The position numbers and the translations under genes are program-made. Positions 18,848-26,737 of a stretch of DNA of 64,000 bases are shown here, piece by piece. The notes under the pieces were generated by a model that was not told the origin of the DNA, searched no databases, and saw only the letters and a list, made by a program, of their open reading frames with translations. Source of the stretch: Gammaproteobacteria bacterium (GTDB lineage Bacteria; Pseudomonadota; Gammaproteobacteria; Steroidobacterales; Rariloculaceae); NCBI GenBank assembly GCA_035548835.1, contig DASZSB010000194.1, forward strand, positions 13,832 through 77,831, in the 5' to 3' direction. Within the stretch, counting starts at the first letter, position 1. Every line of letters begins with the position of its first letter.

Positions 18848-19329
18848 TGCGGAGTCGTGCCGGACGTAGTCGTCACCGCGAGATCGTGCAGCATGCGCAG
18901 CGCGTCCTCGCGGCCGTCGTAGTAACCCTGCTTGCGTCCTGCCTCGCGGTAGCCGAGCCGCTCGTAGAAGAGGCGCGCGGCGTCGTTGCTCGCGCGCAGC
19001 TCGAGCCGGATGGAGAAAATGCCCGCGGTGCGCGCCGACGCCTCGAGCCACTCGAGCAGCGCTCGACCGACGCCCTGCCGCTGATAGCCCGGCTGCACGG
19101 CGAGCAGCGCGAGGTGCGCGTGCACGTCGTAGAACTCCATGATCGCGAAGCCGACCAGGCGGCGGCGGTCGCGCGCCGCGAGCACGATGCACTCGCGATT
19201 GCGGAAGCACTGCTCCACGCGCGGCTCGGTCCACGACCATTTGAGGCCGTGCTCCACGAGCTGCCGCGACATGCGCGCGATCGACGGCGCTTCGTCGGCA
19301 CGGGCCAAACCTAGGCGGATCTGCGTCAC
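18844..19329 (-). CDS. GNAT-family N-acetyltransferase (RimI-like)
   Basis: It has the acetyl-CoA binding motif QRQGVGRALLEWLE and RLFYERLGYRE. I placed the GTG start at 19329. The longer track ORF is arginine/alanine-rich low-complexity sequence antisense to mocA. Confidence 0.75.
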   Translation of the reverse strand: MTQIRLGLARADEAPSIARMSRQLVEHGLKWSWTEPRVEQCFRNRECIVLAARDRRRLVGFAIMEFYDVHAHLALLAVQPGYQRQGVGRALLEWLEASARTAGIFSIRLELRASNDAARLFYERLGYREAGRKQGYYDGREDALRMLHDLAVTTTSGTTPQ

Positions 19330-19335
19330 GGCTTG

Positions 19336-19343
19336 AGTATAGT
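19336..19343. promoter_or_regulatory. candidate bidirectional -10 element (AGTATAGT) in a 20 bp divergent intergenic region
   Basis: TATAGT on the plus strand (19338-19343) ends 6 nt before the mocA-like ATG at 19350. TATACT on the minus strand (19341-19336) ends 6 nt before the GNAT GTG at 19329. No other AT-rich sequence is available between the two starts. Confidence 0.3.
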
Positions 19344-19349
19344 GGACAC

Positions 19350-19958
19350 ATGGCCCGCTTCGCAGCCCGTCGTTCGCCTGCGCTCGCCTGCGTGCTGCTC
19401 GCCGCGGGCGGGTCGCGACGTCTCGGCCAACCGAAGCAGCTGCTGCGCAGGCAGGGACGGCCACTGCTGCTGCACGCGCTGGCCGCGGCGCGCGCGGCCG
19501 CGCCGGGCGCGCCGCTCGTCGTGGTGCTCGGGGCACGCCGGATGCGTCTGCGGCTCGCGCTGCGCCGGTCGGCACCGGAGGCCCTGATCGCAACGAACCC
19601 CCGTTGGGAGGAAGGTCTCGCGTCGTCGCTGCGGGCAGGTCTCGACCGCGTGCCCGCCGGCACGCGCGCCATTCTGGTGCTGCTCGTGGATCAGCCGCGC
19701 GTCGGCGAGGCCGCGTTGCGCCGGCTGCTCGCGGCGTGGCAGCGGCACCCGGCGGTGCCGGCCGCCGCGCGTTATGACAACCGCGCCGGCGTGCCGGCCG
19801 TGCTGCCGCGCGGCTCGTGGCGCGCCGTGCGCGCGTTGCACGGCGACAGCGGCGCGCGCGCTCTGCTGCGCGAAGCGCCCTCTCTCACGCTGGTGGACAT
19901 GCCGGAAGCGGCCGTGGATCTCGATACGCCCGAAGACGTCAGCGCGTGGCGCAGTTGA
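19350..19958 (+). CDS. MobA-like nucleotidyltransferase (molybdenum cofactor cytidylyltransferase MocA-like)
   Basis: It has the N-terminal NTP-transferase motif LLAAGGSRRLGQPKQLL and ILVLLVDQP. Its size of about 200 aa is typical of MocA-type proteins. Confidence 0.7.
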   Translation: MARFAARRSPALACVLLAAGGSRRLGQPKQLLRRQGRPLLLHALAAARAAAPGAPLVVVLGARRMRLRLALRRSAPEALIATNPRWEEGLASSLRAGLDRVPAGTRAILVLLVDQPRVGEAALRRLLAAWQRHPAVPAAARYDNRAGVPAVLPRGSWRAVRALHGDSGARALLREAPSLTLVDMPEAAVDLDTPEDVSAWRS

Positions 19959-20358
19959 CCCAGCCCGTCTCGCCGCTGGCGTAGTGCTCTTTCTTCCAGA
20001 TCGGCACGCGCGCCTTCGTCTCGTCGATGATGTAGCGGCACGCGTCGAACGCGGCGCCGCGGTGCCCCGCCGCGACCCCGACCCACACGGCGCAGTCGCC
20101 GATCGCGAGCTTGCCCACGCGGTGCTCGCAGAGCGCGATGTCGACGGCGAACTTCTGCTTCGCCTCGGCCAGGATCTTCGCACCCTCCTTCTCGGCGATG
20201 GCGGCGTGCGCCTCATACTCGAGCGCCTGCACGGCTTCGCCCTCGTTGTGGTTGCGCACCCAGCCCTCGAACGTCACGCAGGCGCCCGCGGCCGCGTGCA
20301 CGAGCTCGCGCTTGCGTGCTTCCGGGTCGATCGGATTCGACGTGATCTTGAACGACAT
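19939..20358 (-). CDS. moaE: molybdopterin synthase catalytic subunit
   Basis: The 139 aa product reads GACVTFEGWVRNHNEG...VGKLAIGDCAVWVGVAAGHRGAAFDACRYIIDETKARVPIWKKE, the MoaE signature. Confidence 0.9.
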   Translation of the reverse strand: MSFKITSNPIDPEARKRELVHAAAGACVTFEGWVRNHNEGEAVQALEYEAHAAIAEKEGAKILAEAKQKFAVDIALCEHRVGKLAIGDCAVWVGVAAGHRGAAFDACRYIIDETKARVPIWKKEHYASGETGWVNCATR

Positions 20359-20365
20359 TGGAATC

Positions 20366-20608
20366 TCAGCCGCCGGCGACGGGCGGAAAGAACAGCACTT
20401 CGTCGCCGGCCGTGAGCGTCACGCCCCAGTCCGCGAGCTCGTCGTTGACCGCCACCTTGCAGCGCGTCATCGAGTCCGCGAAACCGTGCTTGCGTGCGAG
20501 CTCGCCATAGAGCTCGGCGGCCGTGCGCGCACTGGTCGTGAGTCGCTCGCGGTCGCGGCCTGCGCGCTCGCGGAACGCAGCGAAGTAGCGTGCGGTGACT
20601 TCGATCAT
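20366..20608 (-). CDS. moaD: molybdopterin synthase sulfur carrier subunit
   Basis: The 80 aa product has a ubiquitin-like fold pattern and ends in the diagnostic GG (FFPPVAGG). Its start overlaps the moaC stop. Confidence 0.85.
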   Translation of the reverse strand: MIEVTARYFAAFRERAGRDRERLTTSARTAAELYGELARKHGFADSMTRCKVAVNDELADWGVTLTAGDEVLFFPPVAGG

Positions 20609-21087
20609 CGCGCCGCCTTCTCCGCGCCCACGAAGTCGCGCTTGCCGCCCGTTTTCGACAGCAGCCCGACCTCGCGGATCACGATGCCGTGCGTCAGCGC
20701 CTTGCACATGTCGTAGATCGTGAGCGCGGCGGTCGTGGCGCCGGTGAGCGCTTCCATCTCGACACCCGTCTTGTGCGTGGCGCGCACGGCGCACTCGATC
20801 AGCACCTCATTGCCCTCGCCCCACTCGATGGAGATCTTGCAGTCCTCGAGCGGAATCGGGTGGCAGAACGGGATCAGCTCGTGCGTGCGTTTCGCGGCCA
20901 TGACGCCGGCGATGATGGCCGTGTCGAACACGGGCCCCTTCTTCGTGCGCAGCTCGTCGCCGGAGCGCAGCGTCACGTCGGCGGGAAACACCACCACGGC
21001 GCGCGCGACGGCCGTGCGCGTGGTCACGACCTTGTCGCCGACGTCGACCATCGTGGGCCGGTTCGCGGCATCGACGTGCGTCAGCAT
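20605..21087 (-). CDS. moaC: cyclic pyranopterin monophosphate synthase
   Basis: MLTHVDAANRPTMVDVGDK...KKGPVFDTAIIAGVMAAKRT.ELIPFCHP...TGVEMEALT is the MoaC signature. Confidence 0.9.
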   Translation of the reverse strand: MLTHVDAANRPTMVDVGDKVVTTRTAVARAVVVFPADVTLRSGDELRTKKGPVFDTAIIAGVMAAKRTHELIPFCHPIPLEDCKISIEWGEGNEVLIECAVRATHKTGVEMEALTGATTAALTIYDMCKALTHGIVIREVGLLSKTGGKRDFVGAEKAAR

Positions 21088-22145
21088 CAGCCGCCCATCC
21101 GGTACATTTCGACGCGCTCGCGGCTCTCGGCCCCTTCCGGCTTGTGCTCGAGCAGCCGGCCGCGGATCTCGCTGTAGCGATCCGTGCGATTGCGCCAGAC
21201 GTTCTGCAGAAGGCCGACGAGATCGGCGTCGCTGGCGCCCGAGCGCAATGGCTCGCGCAGGCTCGCGCCGCTCGAGGCGAACAGGCATGTGTAGACCGTG
21301 CCGTCGGCCGAGAGCCGCGCGCGGTGGCAATCCCCGCAGAACGGCTCGCTGACGGAAGATATGAAGCCGATCTCGCCCTGGCCGTCGTCGAACGCGTAGC
21401 GCTTCGCGACCTCGCCGCGATAGTTGCTGCCGACCGGCGACAGCGGCCAGCGCGCCGCGATCCGCGCGAGCAGTTCCTTCGACGGCACGACCTGCTGCGG
21501 CCGCCAGCCGTTGACCGTGCCGACGTCCATGAACTCGATGAACCGCACGATGATGCCCGTGCCGCGGAAGTGCTCGACGAGGTCGAGCAGCGTGTGGTCG
21601 TTCTTGCCGCGCTCGACCACCGTGTTCAGCTTGATGGGGAACCCGAGCTTGCGCGCCGCATCGATGCCGGCCAGCACCGTGGCGAGTTCGCCGCGGCCGC
21701 CGTTCATCTCGCGGAATACGTCGGGGTCGAGGCTGTCCAGGCTGACCGTGATGCGTTTGAGGCCGGCGGCCTTGAGATCCGCCGCGTGCGTGACCAGCCG
21801 CGAGCCGTTCGTGGTCATCGCGATGTCGTCCGCGCCGTGGAGTCCCGCGAGCCCGGCCACGATGTCGACGATGTCGCGGCGCAGCAGCGGCTCCCCGCCC
21901 GTCAGGCGCAGCTTCCTGACGCCGAGTTGCAGGAACACGCTCGCCACGCGCTTGATCTCCCCCGGCGTGAGCCAGTGCGCGCGCGGCAGGAACTTGTGAT
22001 CGTCGCCGAAAAGCTCGGCCGGCATGCAGTACGGGCAGCGGAAGTTGCAGCGGTCGATCACCGAGATCCGCAGGTCGCGCAGCGGCCGGTTCAGGCGGTC
22101 CTTCACGGACGCCTGCGTCTGCCACTGAGCTACGGTCTCCGTCAT
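21087..22145 (-). CDS. moaA: GTP 3',8-cyclase (radical SAM)
   Basis: It has the CNFRCPYC radical-SAM cluster motif, a GGEPLL motif and C-terminal C..C cluster cysteines. I prefer the ATG at 22145 over the TTG at 22154 used by the ORF track. Confidence 0.9.
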   Translation of the reverse strand: MTETVAQWQTQASVKDRLNRPLRDLRISVIDRCNFRCPYCMPAELFGDDHKFLPRAHWLTPGEIKRVASVFLQLGVRKLRLTGGEPLLRRDIVDIVAGLAGLHGADDIAMTTNGSRLVTHAADLKAAGLKRITVSLDSLDPDVFREMNGGRGELATVLAGIDAARKLGFPIKLNTVVERGKNDHTLLDLVEHFRGTGIIVRFIEFMDVGTVNGWRPQQVVPSKELLARIAARWPLSPVGSNYRGEVAKRYAFDDGQGEIGFISSVSEPFCGDCHRARLSADGTVYTCLFASSGASLREPLRSGASDADLVGLLQNVWRNRTDRYSEIRGRLLEHKPEGAESRERVEMYRMGG

Positions 22146-22384
22146 GTGGATCAACGCCTTAGGGTTAGGTCATGAACCCGTATGCCGATGTGCTGCGGGT
22201 ATAGTAACCTACGCGCCAAGAACGAACCGAATCCCGGCCCGGTCGGCCGCGGAATCGGCATTCTGGCAAACGAGCTGCTCGCACCCCGCGTCGCGTGGGG
22301 GCCCAACCCGGCGAAAGACCGGGGCTCATGCCGCGCTCTGGCGCGGGGGCGGCCAAACGGAGTTGCAGGCGGAGGCGCAGGATC

Positions 22385-23644
22385 ATGAACCGAGGTCGTT
22401 TGGAACCGCTGGGTGTTCCCGGTAGCGACGTGGAGATCAAGGATACGGCAGCCCGGAGCGCGCCGAGCTCGCTCGACCGCTGGCTGCTGCGCACGATCCT
22501 GAGCCAGCTCGGCCCGAATACCCCGGTGCGTGCCGCGCTCTGGGACGAGCCCGACGTCACGCCGCGCGACGGCACCGTCCGCGTCCACTTCAAGGACCGC
22601 AGGGCGCTCTGGATGCTGGCCGTGAACCCGGACCTGCACTTCGGCGACCTGTACAGCGCCGGCCGCATCGAAGTCCGCGGCAACCTGCAGCTGCTGCTGG
22701 AAGAGGTCTATCGCGCCGCCAGCGGCCTCGGCGTGCTGGCGTCGGTGGTCGCGCGCTTCCGTGCGCTGGCGCCGGATCTGTCCGAGTCGAAGCGCAACAT
22801 CCATCACCACTACGACATCGGCAACGACTTCTACAACCTGTGGCTCGATCGCGAGGCGCACCAGTACACATGCGCCTACTTCGCGGACCCCTCGATGACC
22901 ATCGAGCAGGCGCAGCAAGCGAAGATGCACCACGTGTGCCGCAAGCTGCAGCTCAAGGCCGGCGAAACCGTCGTCGAGGCCGGCAGCGGCTGGGGCGGCT
23001 TCGCGCTGTTCATGGCCGAGAACTACGGCGTGCGCGTGCGCACGTTCAACATCTCGAAGGAACAGGTGGCGTTCGCCCGCGAGTGGGCGAAGCAGCGCAA
23101 CCTCGACCATCAGGTCGAGTTCGTCGAGGACGACTACCGCAACGCCACGGGCACGTACGACGCGTTCGTCTCGATCGGCATGCTCGAGCACGTGGGGGTC
23201 GGCAACTACAAAGGTCTCGGCGCTCTGATGAGCAAGCTGATCGGCCCGAACGGCCGCGGCCTCGTGCATTCCATCGGCCGCGACACGCCGGCCATGCTGA
23301 ACCAGTGGATCGACAAGCGCATCTTCCCGGGCGCGCAGCCGCCGACCATCCGGCAGATGATGGACATGTTCGAGCCGAACGGGCTCTCCGTGCTCGACAT
23401 CGAGAACATCCGCCTGCACTACGCGAAGACGCTCGAGTGGTGGCTGCAGCGCTACGAGGAGAACGTCGAGGCGGTGCGTGGCATGTTCGACGAGACGTTC
23501 GTGCGCGCGTGGCGGCTGTACCTCGTCGGCTCGATCGCGGCGTTCACGACCGGCAAGCTGCAGTTGTTCCAGGTGCTGTACGCGCGTTCCGGCGCGAAAG
23601 ACGTCCCATGGACGCGCGCGCATGTCTACCGCGACCACCCCTGA
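22385..23644 (+). CDS. cyclopropane-fatty-acyl-phospholipid synthase family SAM-dependent methyltransferase
   Basis: HHHYDIGNDFYNLWLD...YTCAYF and the SAM motif VVEAGSGWGGFALFMA match the family. The ATG at 22385 is preceded by GGAGG. Confidence 0.85.
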   Translation: MNRGRLEPLGVPGSDVEIKDTAARSAPSSLDRWLLRTILSQLGPNTPVRAALWDEPDVTPRDGTVRVHFKDRRALWMLAVNPDLHFGDLYSAGRIEVRGNLQLLLEEVYRAASGLGVLASVVARFRALAPDLSESKRNIHHHYDIGNDFYNLWLDREAHQYTCAYFADPSMTIEQAQQAKMHHVCRKLQLKAGETVVEAGSGWGGFALFMAENYGVRVRTFNISKEQVAFAREWAKQRNLDHQVEFVEDDYRNATGTYDAFVSIGMLEHVGVGNYKGLGALMSKLIGPNGRGLVHSIGRDTPAMLNQWIDKRIFPGAQPPTIRQMMDMFEPNGLSVLDIENIRLHYAKTLEWWLQRYEENVEAVRGMFDETFVRAWRLYLVGSIAAFTTGKLQLFQVLYARSGAKDVPWTRAHVYRDHP

Positions 23645-24968
23645 GAGCTACGCCGGGAAAGTCGCCCGGCTCACGAGCAACTGGCAGCAGGGTGGCGGCC
23701 AGCTTCGGCTCGCGAAGTCGACGATCTCGAATCTGTTTCGCTACCAGCCGCGCGGCACCGCCGCGCGGCGCGTTTCGCTCGGCGAGTTCAACCACGTGCT
23801 CCGCCTCGACGCCGACGCCCGCACCGTCGAGGTCGAGGGCCTCACGACGTACGAGACCGTGGTCCGTTACTGCGTCGAGCACGGGTTCCTGCCGCTCGTA
23901 GCACCAGAGCTCAAGCACATCACGGTCGGCGGCGCCACGGTGGGCATCGGCATCGAGTCCACGTGCTTCCGCTACGGCTTCGTGCACGACGGGCTGCGCG
24001 AAGCCGACGTGCTGCTGCCGAGCGGCAAGGTCGTCACGGCGCGCGCCGACAACGAGTACGCCGACCTCTTCGGCGCGCTGCCGAATTCCTACGGCACTCT
24101 GGGATACATCCTGCGCGCGAAGATCGCGCTGCACCCCGTGAAGCCGTTCGTGCATCTGCACGTGCAGCTGTTCCGCACGATTCCGGCCTATCTCGACGCG
24201 ATGGAGATGGCCACGGAGTCGCCGGATCTCGCGTTCGTCGAGGGGTTGTTCTTCGAGGACGGCCGGTTCTACCTGATGACGGGCCGCTTCGTGGACAAAC
24301 CCGGCGAAGTCGACGACATCGTTCACAAGCACGTGTTCTACCGGCTCGTCGAGCAGCGCCGCGACATCTATCTGAAGACGTTCGACTACATCTTTCGCTA
24401 CGACCCGGACTGGTTCTGGAACGTGCCGGAGACCGGGTTCTACAACCTGTTCCGCCGCTTCGCGCCCGACAAGTGGCGCAACTCCGCGTTCTACACGAGG
24501 TACGTCGCGACCAAGAACAGGCTGCTGGGCAAGATCGGCATTCACGACGACCGCACCGAGCCGCTGATCCAGGACTGGGAAGTGCCGTGGCACCACGGCG
24601 AAGAGCTGATCCGCTTCGCCATCGAGAACGTGGATTTGAGTGGCCGGCCCTACGCGGCCGTGCCGATCAGGACGCCGCGTCAGCCGACGCTCTACCCCAT
24701 CAAGCCGAACGAGCTCTACTTCAACTTGGGCTGCTACCTGCAGGTGCAGCGGCCGGACGGCATGGAGCCGTACCACTACACGAAGATTCTCGACCGCAAG
24801 TGCTTCGAGCTCGGCGGTATCAAGATGCTGTACAGCTCCTCGTTCCTGAGCGAGCAGGAGTTCGACGCGCTGTACAACGGCGCCGCTTACAAGGCACTGA
24901 AGGCGAAATACGACGCCGAGGGCAACGCCCCGACGTTGTACAAGAAGGTGGTGCTCGCGGGGAAGTGA
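23622..24968 (+). CDS. FAD-binding oxidoreductase (PCMH/FAD_binding_4 type, DHCR24-like)
   Basis: HITVGGATVGIGIESTCFRYGFVHD and YADLFGALPNSYGTLGYI match the family. The start overlaps the 3' end of the cfa-like gene by 23 nt, and this pairing with cfa-family genes is common. Confidence 0.75.
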   Translation: MSTATTPESYAGKVARLTSNWQQGGGQLRLAKSTISNLFRYQPRGTAARRVSLGEFNHVLRLDADARTVEVEGLTTYETVVRYCVEHGFLPLVAPELKHITVGGATVGIGIESTCFRYGFVHDGLREADVLLPSGKVVTARADNEYADLFGALPNSYGTLGYILRAKIALHPVKPFVHLHVQLFRTIPAYLDAMEMATESPDLAFVEGLFFEDGRFYLMTGRFVDKPGEVDDIVHKHVFYRLVEQRRDIYLKTFDYIFRYDPDWFWNVPETGFYNLFRRFAPDKWRNSAFYTRYVATKNRLLGKIGIHDDRTEPLIQDWEVPWHHGEELIRFAIENVDLSGRPYAAVPIRTPRQPTLYPIKPNELYFNLGCYLQVQRPDGMEPYHYTKILDRKCFELGGIKMLYSSSFLSEQEFDALYNGAAYKALKAKYDAEGNAPTLYKKVVLAGK

Positions 24969-24990
24969 GCGGCAGGTCGGTTGCCGTCGC

Positions 24991-25302
24991 CTACTCTTCT
25001 GGTACCAACCGGACTTCGAGTCTGCAACCAACTGCCTGCGCATAGCGTTTCAACGTGCCGAGCGAAGGCACGTGTTTCGCCGCAGCCTCAAGCCTTGAGA
25101 TCGCGCTGGTGGTCGTCCCCATTCGCTCCGCGACCGCACCCTGCGTCAGGCCGGCGCGAGCCCGCGCCTTCAGGAGCTGATCGGCCACTTGGTATTCGAG
25201 CTCGAGCGCTCGATACGCCGCGGCAAATCCCTTGCGGGACCGCGCTCGGCGCAAGAATGTTGCGTGGTCATGTTTGACCGGTTCGAGTTTTAGTTCAGCC
25301 AT
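24991..25302 (-). CDS. XRE-family helix-turn-helix antitoxin (HigA-like)
   Basis: The 103 aa product has an HTH segment, AGLTQGAVAERMGTTTSAISRLE. It overlaps the upstream toxin ORF by 13 nt, with the toxin first as in higBA. Confidence 0.75.
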   Translation of the reverse strand: MAELKLEPVKHDHATFLRRARSRKGFAAAYRALELEYQVADQLLKARARAGLTQGAVAERMGTTTSAISRLEAAAKHVPSLGTLKRYAQAVGCRLEVRLVPEE

Positions 25303-25568
25303 TTTAGAATTTCCTTCACGCGTTTCCGGGCCAACACCACCTCCCGATCCGGAGTTTTCGCAGTCTTCTTTGCGAACGCGTGCACCACGACGATCAGCCT
25401 GCCAGACGCGAAGCAATAGAAGGCACGACCGAGCCCCGACCTTCCGCGTGGACGCAGCTCGAAGAGCCCGGCCCCGAGAGCCCGCGAGCGGGGCAACCGA
25501 AGGTCTGGGGTGCACGAACGGACCGCGTCAGCCCGAAGGGCGCGGCACCGCCGTGAGCAGGTTCGCAT
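25290..25568 (-). CDS. RelE/ParE-superfamily toxin (HigB / phage Gp49-like), apparently short at the N-terminus
   Basis: The C-terminal two thirds, LGAGLFELRPRGRSGLGRAFYCFASGRLIVVVHAFAKKTAKTPDREVVLARKRVKEI, match the Gp49-like toxin family. The only in-frame ATG, at 25568, overlaps the upstream gene by 41 nt. Confidence 0.6.
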   Translation of the reverse strand: MRTCSRRCRALRADAVRSCTPDLRLPRSRALGAGLFELRPRGRSGLGRAFYCFASGRLIVVVHAFAKKTAKTPDREVVLARKRVKEILKWLN

Positions 25569-25929
25569 CGCGCGCGAGCAACCAGCGGCCGTTCTCGCGG
25601 CGCAGCACCGTGAGCGTGTGCCCTGCGCGCTCCATCGGCTGGCCGCCCGGCGGCGTCACGACGACGGAGAGCTTCGTCCACATGAAGGCGATGTCGCCCG
25701 AGACCACGATCTCCTGGATCTCGGATCGGCCGTCGATCTGCGGCGGCGTGACGCCCGGCGGCACGCGCGAGAGCGCGGCGAACTCCTGCTTGCGCATCGG
25801 CGGACGGCCCGGGACCAGGAACACCACGTCGTCCGTCATCAGGCTCAGCACGGTGTCGACGTCGCCGGCTCTGGAAGCCGCGTGCCACCTGGCCACGAGG
25901 TCGCGGATCTGTTGTTCGTCGCTTTGCAT
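25528..25929 (-). CDS. SnoaL-like / DUF4440 (NTF2-fold) protein
   Basis: The 133 aa product starts EQQIRDLVARWHAASRAGDVDTVLSLMTDDVVF and ends ...LRRENGRWLLARDANLL, a typical NTF2-like pattern. Confidence 0.75.
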   Translation of the reverse strand: MQSDEQQIRDLVARWHAASRAGDVDTVLSLMTDDVVFLVPGRPPMRKQEFAALSRVPPGVTPPQIDGRSEIQEIVVSGDIAFMWTKLSVVVTPPGGQPMERAGHTLTVLRRENGRWLLARDANLLTAVPRPSG

Positions 25930-25996
25930 GGCACCGAATCATTGCCCGAAGCGCGCGAACTTGCCACCGCCGTGCGGCCCAGGTCGTGCGGCCGCG

Positions 25997-26389
25997 CTAG
26001 CGCCGTTTGCGCCGCGGCGGAAAGTGCCACCAGGCCGCGAACACCAGAAGCGCGAAGACCGAATACGCGAGCGTGAAGACCCAGGAGGGAGCATCGTAGA
26101 AGATGGCGCGCTGCAGCCAATACTCGAGAAAGCTCTTCGAATAGCCGGTCGCGCCCGCGCGCGATCTCAGCCACGACTCCAGGGTCGTGAGCGGGCACAG
26201 CTCCCCGAGCCAGGCCTGCGCGGCGATGAATGCGATGGCTGCGAGATGGGTCAGCCTGAACCACCAGCCGTTGACCCACCGCCAGCCCAACCCGTTTCCC
26301 GCGATGACGACCGCGAGCCCGCCGACGACGAACACGACGACGCCGAAGTGCACCGCGAGCACGGCGTCAGCGAGAAGTTGGTACGGCAC
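25997..26389 (-). CDS. DUF2784-like membrane protein
   Basis: The 130 aa product has hydrophobic helices plus a conserved-looking GELCPLTTLE motif. The GTG start is preceded by GGGGG. Confidence 0.65.
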   Translation of the reverse strand: MPYQLLADAVLAVHFGVVVFVVGGLAVVIAGNGLGWRWVNGWWFRLTHLAAIAFIAAQAWLGELCPLTTLESWLRSRAGATGYSKSFLEYWLQRAIFYDAPSWVFTLAYSVFALLVFAAWWHFPPRRKRR

Positions 26390-26399
26390 GTTGCCCCCG

Positions 26400-26579
26400 T
26401 CATGCCCACGGCTCGAGGCACGCCGCGGATCCTAGCAAGAGCGATATCGACACCCGGCCCGTTGGCCGGGAAACACAGGGCTCCTGCGGGCGCGGCTTCG
26501 CCGCCAGCCCTTCAGGGAGCGGGCAGGCGCCGAGCACGGCGATCACCGCGGCAACGCAAGCCCCGAGCCGAATCGGCAT
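26400..26579 (-). CDS. possible small lipoprotein (59 aa)
   Basis: Hand translation gives MPIRLGACVAAVIAVLGACPLPEGLAAKPRPQEP..., with a lipobox-like VLGAC. The stop lies 10 nt upstream of the DUF2784 gene start. It is below the ORF-track length cutoff. Confidence 0.3.
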   Translation of the reverse strand: MPIRLGACVAAVIAVLGACPLPEGLAAKPRPQEPCVSRPTGRVSISLLLGSAACLEPWA

Positions 26580-26737
26580 GACGCACTCCTGCCGCGCGCG
26601 ATCGTCACCGTGCTCGATGCCGCGATCCGCGAGCGCACGCCGTGAATGCCGCCGCTACCTGACGCTCACGCGATCGACGTCCGTCATCGCATAAACCACT
26701 TGGTCCGGAACCACACCCGGATGAGCGAGGCTCGGGC

